A DNA stretch of 20,000 nt. Source: an uncultured virus (IMG/VR IMGVR_UViG_3300020362_000001). Lineage: Duplodnaviria; Heunggongvirae; Uroviricota; Caudoviricetes. The DNA lies in IMG/VR virus record IMGVR_UViG_3300020362_000001; one strand, written 5' to 3'. The number at the start of each line of letters is the position of its first letter. The first letter of the stretch is position 1. Made by a program: the position numbers and the translations under genes. Below, piece by piece: positions 1-8,765 of the stretch. The notes beneath the pieces were generated by a model. It was not told the DNA's origin. It did not search any database and worked only from the letters and a program-made list of their open reading frames with translations.

Positions 1-2
1 AT

Positions 3-629
3 GGTAAAGGTAGTGAAGAATCTATCTCTGATAGGGCTAATGAAATAAAAACTCAATTGGATAAAGCTAGTTCGGCATTTGAAAAGGAAAAATTACAGGA
101 AAGATTAGCTAAATTAATAGGTGGAGTTGCAATTATTAATGTAGGAGGTAATTCCGAAATTGAAATTAAAGAAAGAAAAGATAGAGTTGAAGATGCGTTA
201 TTTGCTACTAAAGCTGCCTTAGATGAAGGTATAGTAGTAGGTGGTGGTACAGCTTTACTTAGAGCTTCTAAAGCAATTAAGATTAAAGATAATGATGATG
301 TATCTATAGGTAAAAAAATTGTTAAAATAGCAATTCAAGAACCATTTAATAAAATATTGACTAATGCTGGTCATGATAATAATGATATATCTTTTAATTC
401 TTTTAAATTAATATCCAAAAGAAATATATGGTCAGGATTAAATTATAAAAATTTAAAAGTGATTGACTTTAAAGAGGAAGGTATTATAGATCCTAAAAAA
501 GTAACTAGGATTGCCTTAGAAAATGCCGCCTCAATAGCTGGTACTATTCTTACTACTGAATCTATTGTTTATGAAAAACGTAAGGAAAAAGAAGAAGAAG
601 TACCTAATCCTATGGCTGGGATGATGTAA
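3..629 (+). CDS. groL: Chaperonin GroEL (Cpn60), C-terminal part, 5' truncated by the window edge
   Basis: The frame is open from base 3 (GKGSEESISDRANEIKTQLD...), so the TTG at 57 is not the real start. GroEL motifs EKLQERLAKLIGGVA, KDRVEDAL, EGIVVGGG, GIIDPKKVTRIALENAASIA and a Gly/Met tail (PMAGMM). Confidence 0.96.
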   Translation, partial: GKGSEESISDRANEIKTQLDKASSAFEKEKLQERLAKLIGGVAIINVGGNSEIEIKERKDRVEDALFATKAALDEGIVVGGGTALLRASKAIKIKDNDDVSIGKKIVKIAIQEPFNKILTNAGHDNNDISFNSFKLISKRNIWSGLNYKNLKVIDFKEEGIIDPKKVTRIALENAASIAGTILTTESIVYEKRKEKEEEVPNPMAGMM

Positions 630-652
630 TTATTTTTTGTATATTAAAGGTT

Positions 653-1573
653 ATGATTAAAGAACATACATTATTTACAGAACGTTTTAGACCTACCGAT
701 CCTAAGGATTATATTGGTAATGAAGTATTTAAATCAAGTTTAGATCAATGGATTAAACAACAGGATATACCACATATTCTATTATATGGTCCTGCAGGTA
801 CAGGTAAAACTACTGCTGCTAAACTTATTACAACTAATTTAGATTGTGATTCAATTTACATTAATTGTTCTGATGAAAATGGTATAGAAACAATTAGAGA
901 AAAAGTAAAATCATTTGCTTCCGCCGCGACATTCCGCGCTTTAAAAGTGGTTATAATGGATGAAGCTGATTTTTTAACTATCAACGCGCAAGCAGCTTTA
1001 CGTAATGTAATTGAATCGTTTTCTAAAACAACTAGATTTGTATTTACTTGTAATTATATAGAACGTATAATTGATCCTATACAATCCAGAACATCAGTAT
1101 TTGAAATATTACCTCCATCTAAATCAGAGGTAGCAAAACGTTGTAAAGAAATATTACATAAAGAAGCATGTAATCATTCTACTGAAACTTTAGTTGATAT
1201 TGTAAATAAAACATACCCAGATATTCGTAAAACATTAAATTTGTTACAATCATGTATAGTATATGATCCTGTAGGTACATTTTTACAATTAAATAAAGAT
1301 ATAGTTAATCAAAAACAATATACAGACCAAATTATTGATTTAATTAAATCTCATGATGATGATGCTTTTACTAAAATTAGACAAATAGTAGCAGATTCAA
1401 ATATTAGAGATTATAACGAATTATATAGAGCCCTATTTGAAAATTTAGATTCATTCCATAACCCAGTATTAGGTACTATTATTATTTCAGAATCACAGTA
1501 CCAGTCAGTATTGGCTCCTGATAAAGAAATTACTTTTATGGCATGTATCGCAAACTTAATTAAACCATTCTAA
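653..1573 (+). CDS. Clamp loader AAA+ ATPase subunit (T4 gp44 / RFC small subunit-like)
   Basis: N-terminal ERFRP (RFC box II-like), PHILLYGPAGTGKT Walker A, INCSDENGIETIR, MDEAD Walker B, AQAALR, TCNY, IQSRT arginine finger (SRC variant), PDIRKTLN sensor 2. Confidence 0.93.
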   Translation: MIKEHTLFTERFRPTDPKDYIGNEVFKSSLDQWIKQQDIPHILLYGPAGTGKTTAAKLITTNLDCDSIYINCSDENGIETIREKVKSFASAATFRALKVVIMDEADFLTINAQAALRNVIESFSKTTRFVFTCNYIERIIDPIQSRTSVFEILPPSKSEVAKRCKEILHKEACNHSTETLVDIVNKTYPDIRKTLNLLQSCIVYDPVGTFLQLNKDIVNQKQYTDQIIDLIKSHDDDAFTKIRQIVADSNIRDYNELYRALFENLDSFHNPVLGTIIISESQYQSVLAPDKEITFMACIANLIKPF

Positions 1574-1818
1574 TGCAACAACAACAATTAAATTTCGATT
1601 TAAGTAAAACAACACCTATTGAACCACCTAGTGGAGGTAAAATATGGTTATCTGGAGTAGTTTTACGTAAAGTATCTAAATTTGTTACAGGTGCTAGTGA
1701 AGATGGAATTGTACCAATTCCAGTATTCTTTGATCCTGAAACTAAAGAAATATTAGAAGATACTATCCCTAAGGAAATTAGAGAAGATTATAAATATGAT
1801 CCTCCAAAAACACTCTAA
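1573..1818 (+). CDS. Hypothetical protein, 81 aa
   Basis: ORF coupled to the upstream stop by a TAATG overlap, filling the gap between the two clamp loader genes. Confidence 0.75.
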   Translation: MQQQQLNFDLSKTTPIEPPSGGKIWLSGVVLRKVSKFVTGASEDGIVPIPVFFDPETKEILEDTIPKEIREDYKYDPPKTL

Positions 1819-1821
1819 GTA

Positions 1822-2232
1822 ATGAATATATTTGATTGGCTAAATCAAATCTCTTATGATAAACAACCTTGGAGTAGTTTTACTAGAGAGGATAAATTAT
1901 CATTTCAACCTTATATGATACGTCGTTTTATATCAATGAAGGAAAATTATATTGAATTAGTCAGTGAAGTTCAAAATGCAAATATACCATTAAATTACGA
2001 ATATAATTTTTGGTGTAAATCAATTCCTAAAAGAAAAACATTTTTTAGATATATAAAACCTAAAAAAAGTTTGCCTAAGCAAGAATTGCTTAGTATATTA
2101 GCTATGTACTACCAAGTAAGTAAACGTGAAATTTTAGATAACTTTAACTTATTAGGTAAAGACTTAATTAAATCTATATTATTACAAATAGGTATAGAAG
2201 AACGTAAAATTAAAACTTTATTAAAAAATTAA
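1822..2232 (+). CDS. Clamp loader small subunit (T4 gp62-like)
   Basis: Pattern IFDWLNQI...FQPYMIRRFISM...YNFW..SIPKRKTFFRYIK resembles gp62-family proteins. Size (136 aa) and position just downstream of the gp44-like ATPase agree. Confidence 0.72.
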   Translation: MNIFDWLNQISYDKQPWSSFTREDKLSFQPYMIRRFISMKENYIELVSEVQNANIPLNYEYNFWCKSIPKRKTFFRYIKPKKSLPKQELLSILAMYYQVSKREILDNFNLLGKDLIKSILLQIGIEERKIKTLLKN

Positions 2233-2235
2233 ATT

Positions 2236-2463
2236 ATGGCAATAAGTAAACAAATTTATGACATGTTAAAATCTGAAGCCGAAGCAGATAAGCAAAAAGC
2301 TTTATTATCTTTAGATTTAATCAAAAATTATCCCGCAGGTATAGGTGATCATTCAACTAAAGATTTTTGGGATAATGCTACTGAGGCATTAAAATTATTA
2401 GCTTCAGCAGATGAAAGATTAGAAACATTAGAAAAATATTTTGATACTAAAGAGGTATTATAA
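2236..2463 (+). CDS. Small helical hypothetical phage protein (PAGIGDHS motif)
   Basis: 75-aa ORF in the operon. The P-x-GIG-[DE]-H motif between two helices recalls small proteins of T4-like aquatic phages (recollection, unverified). Confidence 0.7.
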   Translation: MAISKQIYDMLKSEAEADKQKALLSLDLIKNYPAGIGDHSTKDFWDNATEALKLLASADERLETLEKYFDTKEVL

Positions 2464-2882
2464 TGAGTGATAGCAGAAAGGCATATGATGAAAAATTTGG
2501 GGATAATGAAAATAAATGGGAAACCACTTTCACTTCAGCCCCTAATTTTTCTGAATCTCAACTTGATTGTAAAGTAAAATTTCCGGTCATTTCTGAAGAA
2601 TTTGTAAAAGTTCAAAAGGAGCAATTAGAATTATTTTCTAAAAAAATGATGGATTATGGTCTAGGTAATATAGCTTTAGGTGGTGATCTTGAAAATGAAG
2701 ATGATGTAAATTATGCTTTACAGGGCATACAAATCAGAATAAATGATAAAATTAACCGTTTGAAAAATTTATTAAAAAACGGTAAAAGTTATGTAGAAAA
2801 TGAATCCATAGAGGATACTTTAATTGATATTTCTAATTATGGTATTATTGGTCTTCTCTTGGGAAGAAAAAAATGGAAATAA
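2463..2882 (+). CDS. DUF1599 / nucleotide modification-associated domain 1 (Nmad1)-like protein
   Basis: K..DYG (KMMDYG), IRINDKINRLKNL and ESIEDTLIDISNYGII match the characteristic motifs of this all-alpha family. Confidence 0.82.
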   Translation: MSDSRKAYDEKFGDNENKWETTFTSAPNFSESQLDCKVKFPVISEEFVKVQKEQLELFSKKMMDYGLGNIALGGDLENEDDVNYALQGIQIRINDKINRLKNLLKNGKSYVENESIEDTLIDISNYGIIGLLLGRKKWK

Positions 2883-3811
2883 ATTATAAGACAGATAAAG
2901 TTGTATCTTTTTCACAATATTCTACTTATAAATCTTGCCCTCATAAATGGTATTTAGAGTATGTAAAAGGTCATAGGGACGAAAAACCTAATATGTATTT
3001 TGTTTTTGGAACAGCTATACATGAGGCCTTACAATACTATTTACAAACCATGTTTGATTCATCAGCTAAAAAAGCAGATGATTTAAATTTAAATTTATTC
3101 TTCAAAGAAAAAATGATTGAAGAGTATACTAAATATAAATCCAAATACGGTCATTTTGCTACTCCTGAACAACTGAATGAATTTTATTTTGATGGAGTAG
3201 GAATTTTAGATTGGTTCAAAAAACATAAACGTGGAAGAAAAAATTATTTTTCTACTCGTAAACATGAATTAAAAGGAATTGAAGTACCTTTAATTACTAT
3301 CCCTATTAAAGAAAGACCTAATATTAAGTATATGGGTTACATAGATTTAATTATCTATGACAAACGCTCAGAGGACTATACTATATTTGATATTAAAACT
3401 TCTACTAAAGGTTGGTCTAAATGGGAAAAAGGAGATACTACTAAACATAATCAACTTTACCTTTATAAACAATATTATTCCGAATTATTTAAAGTACCTT
3501 TAAGTAAAATAAATGTAGAGTTTTATATAGTAAAAAGAAAAGTATTAGATTTTGATGATGAAAATATTAAATCACCACATCAAGCTTATCGTGTACAAAA
3601 TTTCAAACCAGTTGATAATAAATTAAGATTAAAAAAAGCAAAGGAAGATTTTACTAATTTTATACGTGAATGTTATACTGTAGAGGGTAATCCAATAGAT
3701 AAAGATTTTGATAAAAAAATAGATAAACCTTGTGAGTGGTGTGATTTTGGAAAAAATAGAGAATTATGTGGAGCAGCATTATCACCTGAAGAAAAGTTTT
3801 TTAGTTTTTGA
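2873..3811 (+). CDS. PD-(D/E)XK nuclease, Cas4/RecB-like, probable Fe-S cluster
   Basis: SFSQ...CP(C22), FGTAIHE, GYIDL, DIKT, QLYLY, and C-terminal CEWC-x8-C (C287, C290, C299). Confidence 0.88.
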   Translation: MEINYKTDKVVSFSQYSTYKSCPHKWYLEYVKGHRDEKPNMYFVFGTAIHEALQYYLQTMFDSSAKKADDLNLNLFFKEKMIEEYTKYKSKYGHFATPEQLNEFYFDGVGILDWFKKHKRGRKNYFSTRKHELKGIEVPLITIPIKERPNIKYMGYIDLIIYDKRSEDYTIFDIKTSTKGWSKWEKGDTTKHNQLYLYKQYYSELFKVPLSKINVEFYIVKRKVLDFDDENIKSPHQAYRVQNFKPVDNKLRLKKAKEDFTNFIRECYTVEGNPIDKDFDKKIDKPCEWCDFGKNRELCGAALSPEEKFFSF

Positions 3812-3815
3812 ATCC

Positions 3816-3835
3816 TTATATATTTATATATATAA
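3816..3835. promoter_or_regulatory. AT-only inverted repeat containing TATTTATA, candidate promoter/operator
   Basis: Arms TTATATAT (3816-3823) and ATATATAA (3828-3835) lie in the longest intergenic gap of the window (34 nt). TATTTATA at 3821-3828. Confidence 0.4.
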
Positions 3836-3845
3836 AAAATAGATT

Positions 3846-4037
3846 ATGAATAAAAATCAGTTACAATTAACAAGTGTTAAAGTTCACAGACATTTGTTTG
3901 ATCAGTTTAAAATTGAATGTGTAAAAACAAAATTTTCATTACAAAAACTTGCAGATCGGTCTCTTCATTTGTATCTTACAGATGAAAATTTCAGAAAGCA
4001 AATACATAATCAAACAAATTTAACTTTAGATAATTAA
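3846..4037 (+). CDS. Small putative ribbon-helix-helix DNA-binding protein
   Basis: Alternating strand LTSVKV followed by two amphipathic helices (RHLFDQFKIECVK, SLQKLADRSLHLYL), 63 aa. Confidence 0.6.
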   Translation: MNKNQLQLTSVKVHRHLFDQFKIECVKTKFSLQKLADRSLHLYLTDENFRKQIHNQTNLTLDN

Positions 4038-4043
4038 TATTTT

Positions 4044-5480
4044 ATGAAAGAAGGTTATATACCAAAGGAGAAACGTAAAAAAATAATGTTTCTCTGTGAT
4101 GATATAAGAATGCATTCTGGTATTGCTACCATGGCCAGAGAAATAGTACTAGGTAGTGCACATATTTTTAACTGGGTTAATGTAGGTGCAGCTATAAACC
4201 ATCCAGAACAGGGTAAAAGAATAGATTTAAGTGAGGATAGTAATAATAGATTAAATATTCCTGATGCTTCGGTTTTTTTATATCCACAAAATGGATATGG
4301 TAATCCTGATATAATTAGACAATTATTAAAAATGGAAAAGCCGGATGCTATATTTTTCTTTACTGATCCTAGATATTGGGAATGGTTATTTAAAATGGAA
4401 AATGAAATAAGAACTCAAATTCCAATGGTATATCTTAATATTTGGGATGATATGCCTGCTCCAATGTATAATGAATCATACTACGAATCATGTGATACTT
4501 TATTAGCTATTTCTAAACAAACTGAAAACATAAATAGAATAGTTTTAGGAGATAAAGCTAAGGATAAATTAATAGCATATGTACCTCATGGTATAAACGA
4601 GGAAGTTTTTAGACCTATTAAGGAGGGAGATAAACACTGGGATGATTTCTTAAATACAAAGAAAAAATTATTTGGAGGTAAAGAATATGAACATATATTT
4701 TTCTTTAATTCAAGAAATATTAGAAGAAAATGTATATCAGATTTATTTGTAGCATTTAAATTATTTAAAGACCAATTACCGGAAGATAAAAAAGATAAAG
4801 TTGCCCTATTATTACATACACAACCTGTTGATGATAATGGTACAGATTTATTTGCAGTAAGAGATATGTTATTGGGTGAGGATCCTAATGTTTTATTTTC
4901 TACAGAAAGAATATCTGCTGAATCAATGAATGTTTTATATAATTTAGCAGATGTTACAGTTTTACCTTCATCTAATGAAGGCTGGGGATTAGCATTAACC
5001 GAATCCATGATGGCAGGTACTATGATAATAGCTAATGTTACAGGTGGTATGCAGGATCAAATGAGATTTGAAGATGAAAATGGAGATTGGATTAAATTTA
5101 ATGAAAATTTCTGTTCTAACCATTTTGGAACTTATAAAAAATGTGGAAAATGGGCTCTACCAGTATTTCCTTCTAATACAAGTGTAGTTGGTTCCCCTAA
5201 AACTCCTTATATATTCGATGATAGATTAGATTTTAGAGATTTAGCTGATACATTAATGCAATCTTATAAAATGTCTAAGGAAGAAAAAATTGAACGTGGT
5301 CTAGCTGGACGCGAATGGGTTACATCTGATGAATCAATGGCATCAGCAAGAATGATGAATAAAAACGTTATAAAATATCTTAATCAAACTATAGATAATT
5401 TTAAACCTAGAAATAATTTTGAGTTTATTAAAATAGATAAATTAAGAGTTAAACAGTTACAACATAAATTAATATATTAA
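4044..5480 (+). CDS. Glycosyltransferase, GT-B fold (GT4-like)
   Basis: HSGIA N-terminal loop, VPHGIN, NSRNIRRK, and LYNLADVTVLPSSNEGWGLALTESMMAG (E-x7-E motif). Confidence 0.9.
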   Translation: MKEGYIPKEKRKKIMFLCDDIRMHSGIATMAREIVLGSAHIFNWVNVGAAINHPEQGKRIDLSEDSNNRLNIPDASVFLYPQNGYGNPDIIRQLLKMEKPDAIFFFTDPRYWEWLFKMENEIRTQIPMVYLNIWDDMPAPMYNESYYESCDTLLAISKQTENINRIVLGDKAKDKLIAYVPHGINEEVFRPIKEGDKHWDDFLNTKKKLFGGKEYEHIFFFNSRNIRRKCISDLFVAFKLFKDQLPEDKKDKVALLLHTQPVDDNGTDLFAVRDMLLGEDPNVLFSTERISAESMNVLYNLADVTVLPSSNEGWGLALTESMMAGTMIIANVTGGMQDQMRFEDENGDWIKFNENFCSNHFGTYKKCGKWALPVFPSNTSVVGSPKTPYIFDDRLDFRDLADTLMQSYKMSKEEKIERGLAGREWVTSDESMASARMMNKNVIKYLNQTIDNFKPRNNFEFIKIDKLRVKQLQHKLIY

Positions 5481-5481
5481 C

Positions 5482-6777
5482 ATGGCTAAACCTTTTGTAG
5501 TAGTAAGTTGTCCATTAGATACATTTTCTGGATACGGATCTAGATCCAGAGATGTAGTAAGGGCTCTATTAAAATCAGAAAAATATGATGTAAAAGTTTT
5601 ATCACAAAGATGGGGTAGTACTCCATATGGATTTTTAAATGAAAATGATCCGGAAGATAAAAAATTATTAGATTGTATAATACCGTCTCCATTACAACGT
5701 CAACCTGATGTTTGGATACAAATTACTGTACCTAATGAATTCCAAAAAATAGGTAAATTTAGCATTGGGATTACAGCTGGAATAGAAACAGATATTTGTA
5801 CTCATCAATTTATTGAGGGTTGTAATAGAATGGATTTAATATTAGGTTCTTCAAAACATACTATAGATGTATTTAAAAGAACCCAATATGATAAAAAAGA
5901 TAAAGAAGGTAAAACCCAAGGTATGGTTAAATTGGAAACCCCAGTAGACATATTAATTGAAGGTTTAGATTTAGAAAAATATTATTATATTGAACCTAAA
6001 AAACTTCCTAGAACTGAATTAGTCAAATCATTAAGTACTATAGATGAACAATTTTGTTTCTTATTTGTAGGTCACTGGTTACAAGGATCTATAGGTGAGG
6101 ATAGAAAAAATGTAGGTTTAATGTTAAAAACATTTTTAGAAACTTTTAAAAATAAAAGTAAAAGACCTGCTTTAGTAATGAAAACAATGAGTGGTCCTGC
6201 ATCAATAATGGATAGAGAAGAAATACTAAAAAGAATTGATGCCATAAGAAAAGGAGTAAGTGGTACTCTACCTAATGTTTATTTACTACATGGTGAGATA
6301 GAAGATGAAGATATGAATCATTTATATAATCACCCTAAAATTAAAGCCATGATTAGTTTAACTAAAGGAGAAGGATTTGGACGTCCACTTTTAGAGTTTA
6401 CTCAAAGCAAAAAACCGGTAATAGCATCTAATTGGAGTGGTCATTTAGATTTTCTAAACTCAGAATTTGCTAGTTTAATACCTGGTGAATTAAAGGAAAT
6501 TCATTCATCAGCAATCCAAAAAGATTTATTAATTGAAAAATCAAAATGGTTTTCTCCAGATATTAATTTTGTTTCTTTATTATTAAAAGATTATGTTAAT
6601 GGTTATAAACAATATCAAGTAAATGGTAAAAGATTGGGTTATTATTGTAAAACTAATTTTTCATTTGATATAATGCAGAAAAAATTAGAGGAAGTATTAG
6701 ATAAAAATGCACCTAAAAAAGTAGAAATTAAACTTCCTAATATTAAAAAAATATCATTACCTAAAAAAGATGCTTAA
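5482..6777 (+). CDS. Glycosyltransferase, GT-B fold (GT4-like)
   Basis: SGYG N-terminal loop, FLFVGHW, DRKNV, and KGEGFGRPLLE (E-x7-E) followed by PVIASNWSGHLDF. Confidence 0.88.
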   Translation: MAKPFVVVSCPLDTFSGYGSRSRDVVRALLKSEKYDVKVLSQRWGSTPYGFLNENDPEDKKLLDCIIPSPLQRQPDVWIQITVPNEFQKIGKFSIGITAGIETDICTHQFIEGCNRMDLILGSSKHTIDVFKRTQYDKKDKEGKTQGMVKLETPVDILIEGLDLEKYYYIEPKKLPRTELVKSLSTIDEQFCFLFVGHWLQGSIGEDRKNVGLMLKTFLETFKNKSKRPALVMKTMSGPASIMDREEILKRIDAIRKGVSGTLPNVYLLHGEIEDEDMNHLYNHPKIKAMISLTKGEGFGRPLLEFTQSKKPVIASNWSGHLDFLNSEFASLIPGELKEIHSSAIQKDLLIEKSKWFSPDINFVSLLLKDYVNGYKQYQVNGKRLGYYCKTNFSFDIMQKKLEEVLDKNAPKKVEIKLPNIKKISLPKKDA

Positions 6778-7228
6778 AGATAGTTTAGAAATATGCCCTC
6801 TATGTGGAAGTGATGCTTGTTACGTTACTAAACTAAATGCTACAGCAAAAAATTATTTTTGTTTTGGTTGTGGATTTACTACTAATGATTTAATGGTTGA
6901 AGGTAAATTTGATTTTGATCAGTATGAAGAAACTCTTCCCGAACTTTATAAGGATATTAAAAAAATAGATAGTTCTTATCGTGTCTGGTATCCCATCACT
7001 ATTAATTTAGAAGATAAAGGTACTGTATTTGCTAAAGGTACTGGTTCTACAGATTGGAATTGGGCAGGTGTTAGAGTAAAAGAAATTGATAAAGAAGAAC
7101 AAGGTAAATTTAAAATACCTGGTACAGATAAATTTTATAAATACAAAACTGATATGACTACTTTACAAGAGTATAAACAAGGTGATTTTATGGATGCATT
7201 AGAGTATATTGGTTTTTTTAAAGGTTAA
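6770..7228 (+). CDS. Hypothetical protein with N-terminal zinc ribbon
   Basis: CPLCG and CFGCG knuckle pairs. 8-nt overlap with the upstream GT gene. Confidence 0.75.
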   Translation: MLKDSLEICPLCGSDACYVTKLNATAKNYFCFGCGFTTNDLMVEGKFDFDQYEETLPELYKDIKKIDSSYRVWYPITINLEDKGTVFAKGTGSTDWNWAGVRVKEIDKEEQGKFKIPGTDKFYKYKTDMTTLQEYKQGDFMDALEYIGFFKG

Positions 7229-7230
7229 TT

Positions 7231-7863
7231 ATGAGTATAAGTTTTGCTATTACGGCATATAATGAACATGAAGAGTTACAAGTATTATTAAACCAACTAG
7301 AACAAATAGCTAAGCCAGATGATGAAATAGTTATTCAGTTGGATAGTAAGGCAACTCCCGAAGTATTAAGTTTAGTAGATCAATTTATTAGTAAAGATTT
7401 TACATTTACTGTAAAAAAATGTGTTTTTGATTTAAATAATCATTTTGCAGATTTTAAAAATAATTTAAAATCATATTGTACTAAAGATTGGGTTTTTCAA
7501 ATTGATGCTGATGAAACCTTATCAGAAACATTTTCTAGAGTAATTCATGAAGTATTAGATGCTAATGATGGGATAGATTTAATTGCTGTACCTAGAGTTA
7601 ATATAGTAAAAGGATTAGAACAAAATGATATTATACAATGGCACTGGCAAGTAAATAGCCAGGGATGGGTTAATTGGCCCGATCCTCAACACAGGATTTT
7701 TAGAAATAAACCTGAGGTTAAGTGGGTAAATAAAGTACATGAAAAAATTGTGGGATGGAAAACATATGCTGAATTACCATCTGAGGATGATTCATATGCT
7801 TTATACCATATAAAAGATATAGATAGACAAAGAAAACAAAACGAATTTTATTCTCAAATATGA
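7231..7863 (+). CDS. Glycosyltransferase family 2 (GT-A)
   Basis: ISFAITAYNE start, WVFQIDADE DxD motif, PD.Q.RIFRN and W..KVHE typical of LPS core-type GT2 enzymes. Confidence 0.9.
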   Translation: MSISFAITAYNEHEELQVLLNQLEQIAKPDDEIVIQLDSKATPEVLSLVDQFISKDFTFTVKKCVFDLNNHFADFKNNLKSYCTKDWVFQIDADETLSETFSRVIHEVLDANDGIDLIAVPRVNIVKGLEQNDIIQWHWQVNSQGWVNWPDPQHRIFRNKPEVKWVNKVHEKIVGWKTYAELPSEDDSYALYHIKDIDRQRKQNEFYSQI

Positions 7864-8765
7864 AAAAGGTTTTAATAACAGGAGGTGGAGGCATGGTAGG
7901 TTCTGCTATGGAATCTCCCCTTAAATTAACTCGTGACTATTGCGATTTACTAAATAGAAAACAAACTAACAGATTCTTTTCAGCTGTTAAACCAGATGGG
8001 GTTATACATTGTGCTGGTAAAGTAGGAGGAATTGGTGGTAATTCCAATTATAAAGGACAATATTTTTATGAAAATATATTAATTAATACTAATGTAATAG
8101 AGGCAGCTAGACAAGCGGGTGTTCAAAATTTAGTATCATTTTTATCTACTTGTGTATTCCCAGATAAAGTAAGTTATCCTCTTACTGTGGACCAAGTACA
8201 TCAAGGTGATCCACATGATTCAAATTATCCATATGCTTATGCTAAAAGAATGGCTGACATTCAAATTAGGGCTTATAGAGAACAATATAATATAAATTAT
8301 ACATCAATTATTCCTTCTAACATTTACGGTCCTAATGATAATTTTTCTTTAGAACATGGCCATGTAATGCCAATGTTAATTCATAAATTGTATTTAGCTA
8401 AGAAAAATAAAACTGACTTTGTAGTATGGGGCAGTGGGAAACCATTAAGAGAATTTATATATTCTAAAGATATAGCTAAAATAGCAGAATGGGTTTTATT
8501 TAATTATAAAGGTACAGATCCTCTAATTGTTAGTGGAGATGAAGAAATATCAATTAAGGATTTAGTAGGTATTTTAGTTGATGAATTTAAATTTAAAGGT
8601 AAAGTTAAATTTGATAAAACAAAACCTGATGGACAATTAAGAAAACCATCAGATAATTCTGCAATAAAAGAATTAATGCCTGATTTTGAATATACTCCAT
8701 TTGAAAAAGGTATAAAAGAAACAGTTAGTTGGTTTATAGAAAATTATGAAAGTGCAAGAAAATAA
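7860..8765 (+). CDS. fcl: GDP-L-fucose synthase (Fcl/WcaG) or the related GDP-colitose synthase ColC
   Basis: TGGGGMVGSA, HCAGKVGGI, LSTCVFP, YAYAKR (YxxxK), NIYGPNDNF, HVMPML, VWGSGKPLREF, KPDGQ. Confidence 0.92.
   Translation: MKKVLITGGGGMVGSAMESPLKLTRDYCDLLNRKQTNRFFSAVKPDGVIHCAGKVGGIGGNSNYKGQYFYENILINTNVIEAARQAGVQNLVSFLSTCVFPDKVSYPLTVDQVHQGDPHDSNYPYAYAKRMADIQIRAYREQYNINYTSIIPSNIYGPNDNFSLEHGHVMPMLIHKLYLAKKNKTDFVVWGSGKPLREFIYSKDIAKIAEWVLFNYKGTDPLIVSGDEEISIKDLVGILVDEFKFKGKVKFDKTKPDGQLRKPSDNSAIKELMPDFEYTPFEKGIKETVSWFIENYESARK

Noticed and set aside
630..652. T-rich gap after groL (TTATTTTTTGTATATTAAAGGTT) as terminator or promoter
   Set aside because: No GC stem precedes the T run, and a single instance is too little to define a promoter motif.
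921..940. GC-rich patch CCGCCGCGACATTCCGCGCT with two CGCG in an AT-rich gene
   Set aside because: Encodes SAATFRA within the clamp loader. Only a 4-bp stem is possible, too weak to call a structure.
2873..3845. CRISPR-Cas locus around the Cas4-like gene
   Set aside because: No repeat-spacer array or other cas genes, and no intergenic space for an array.
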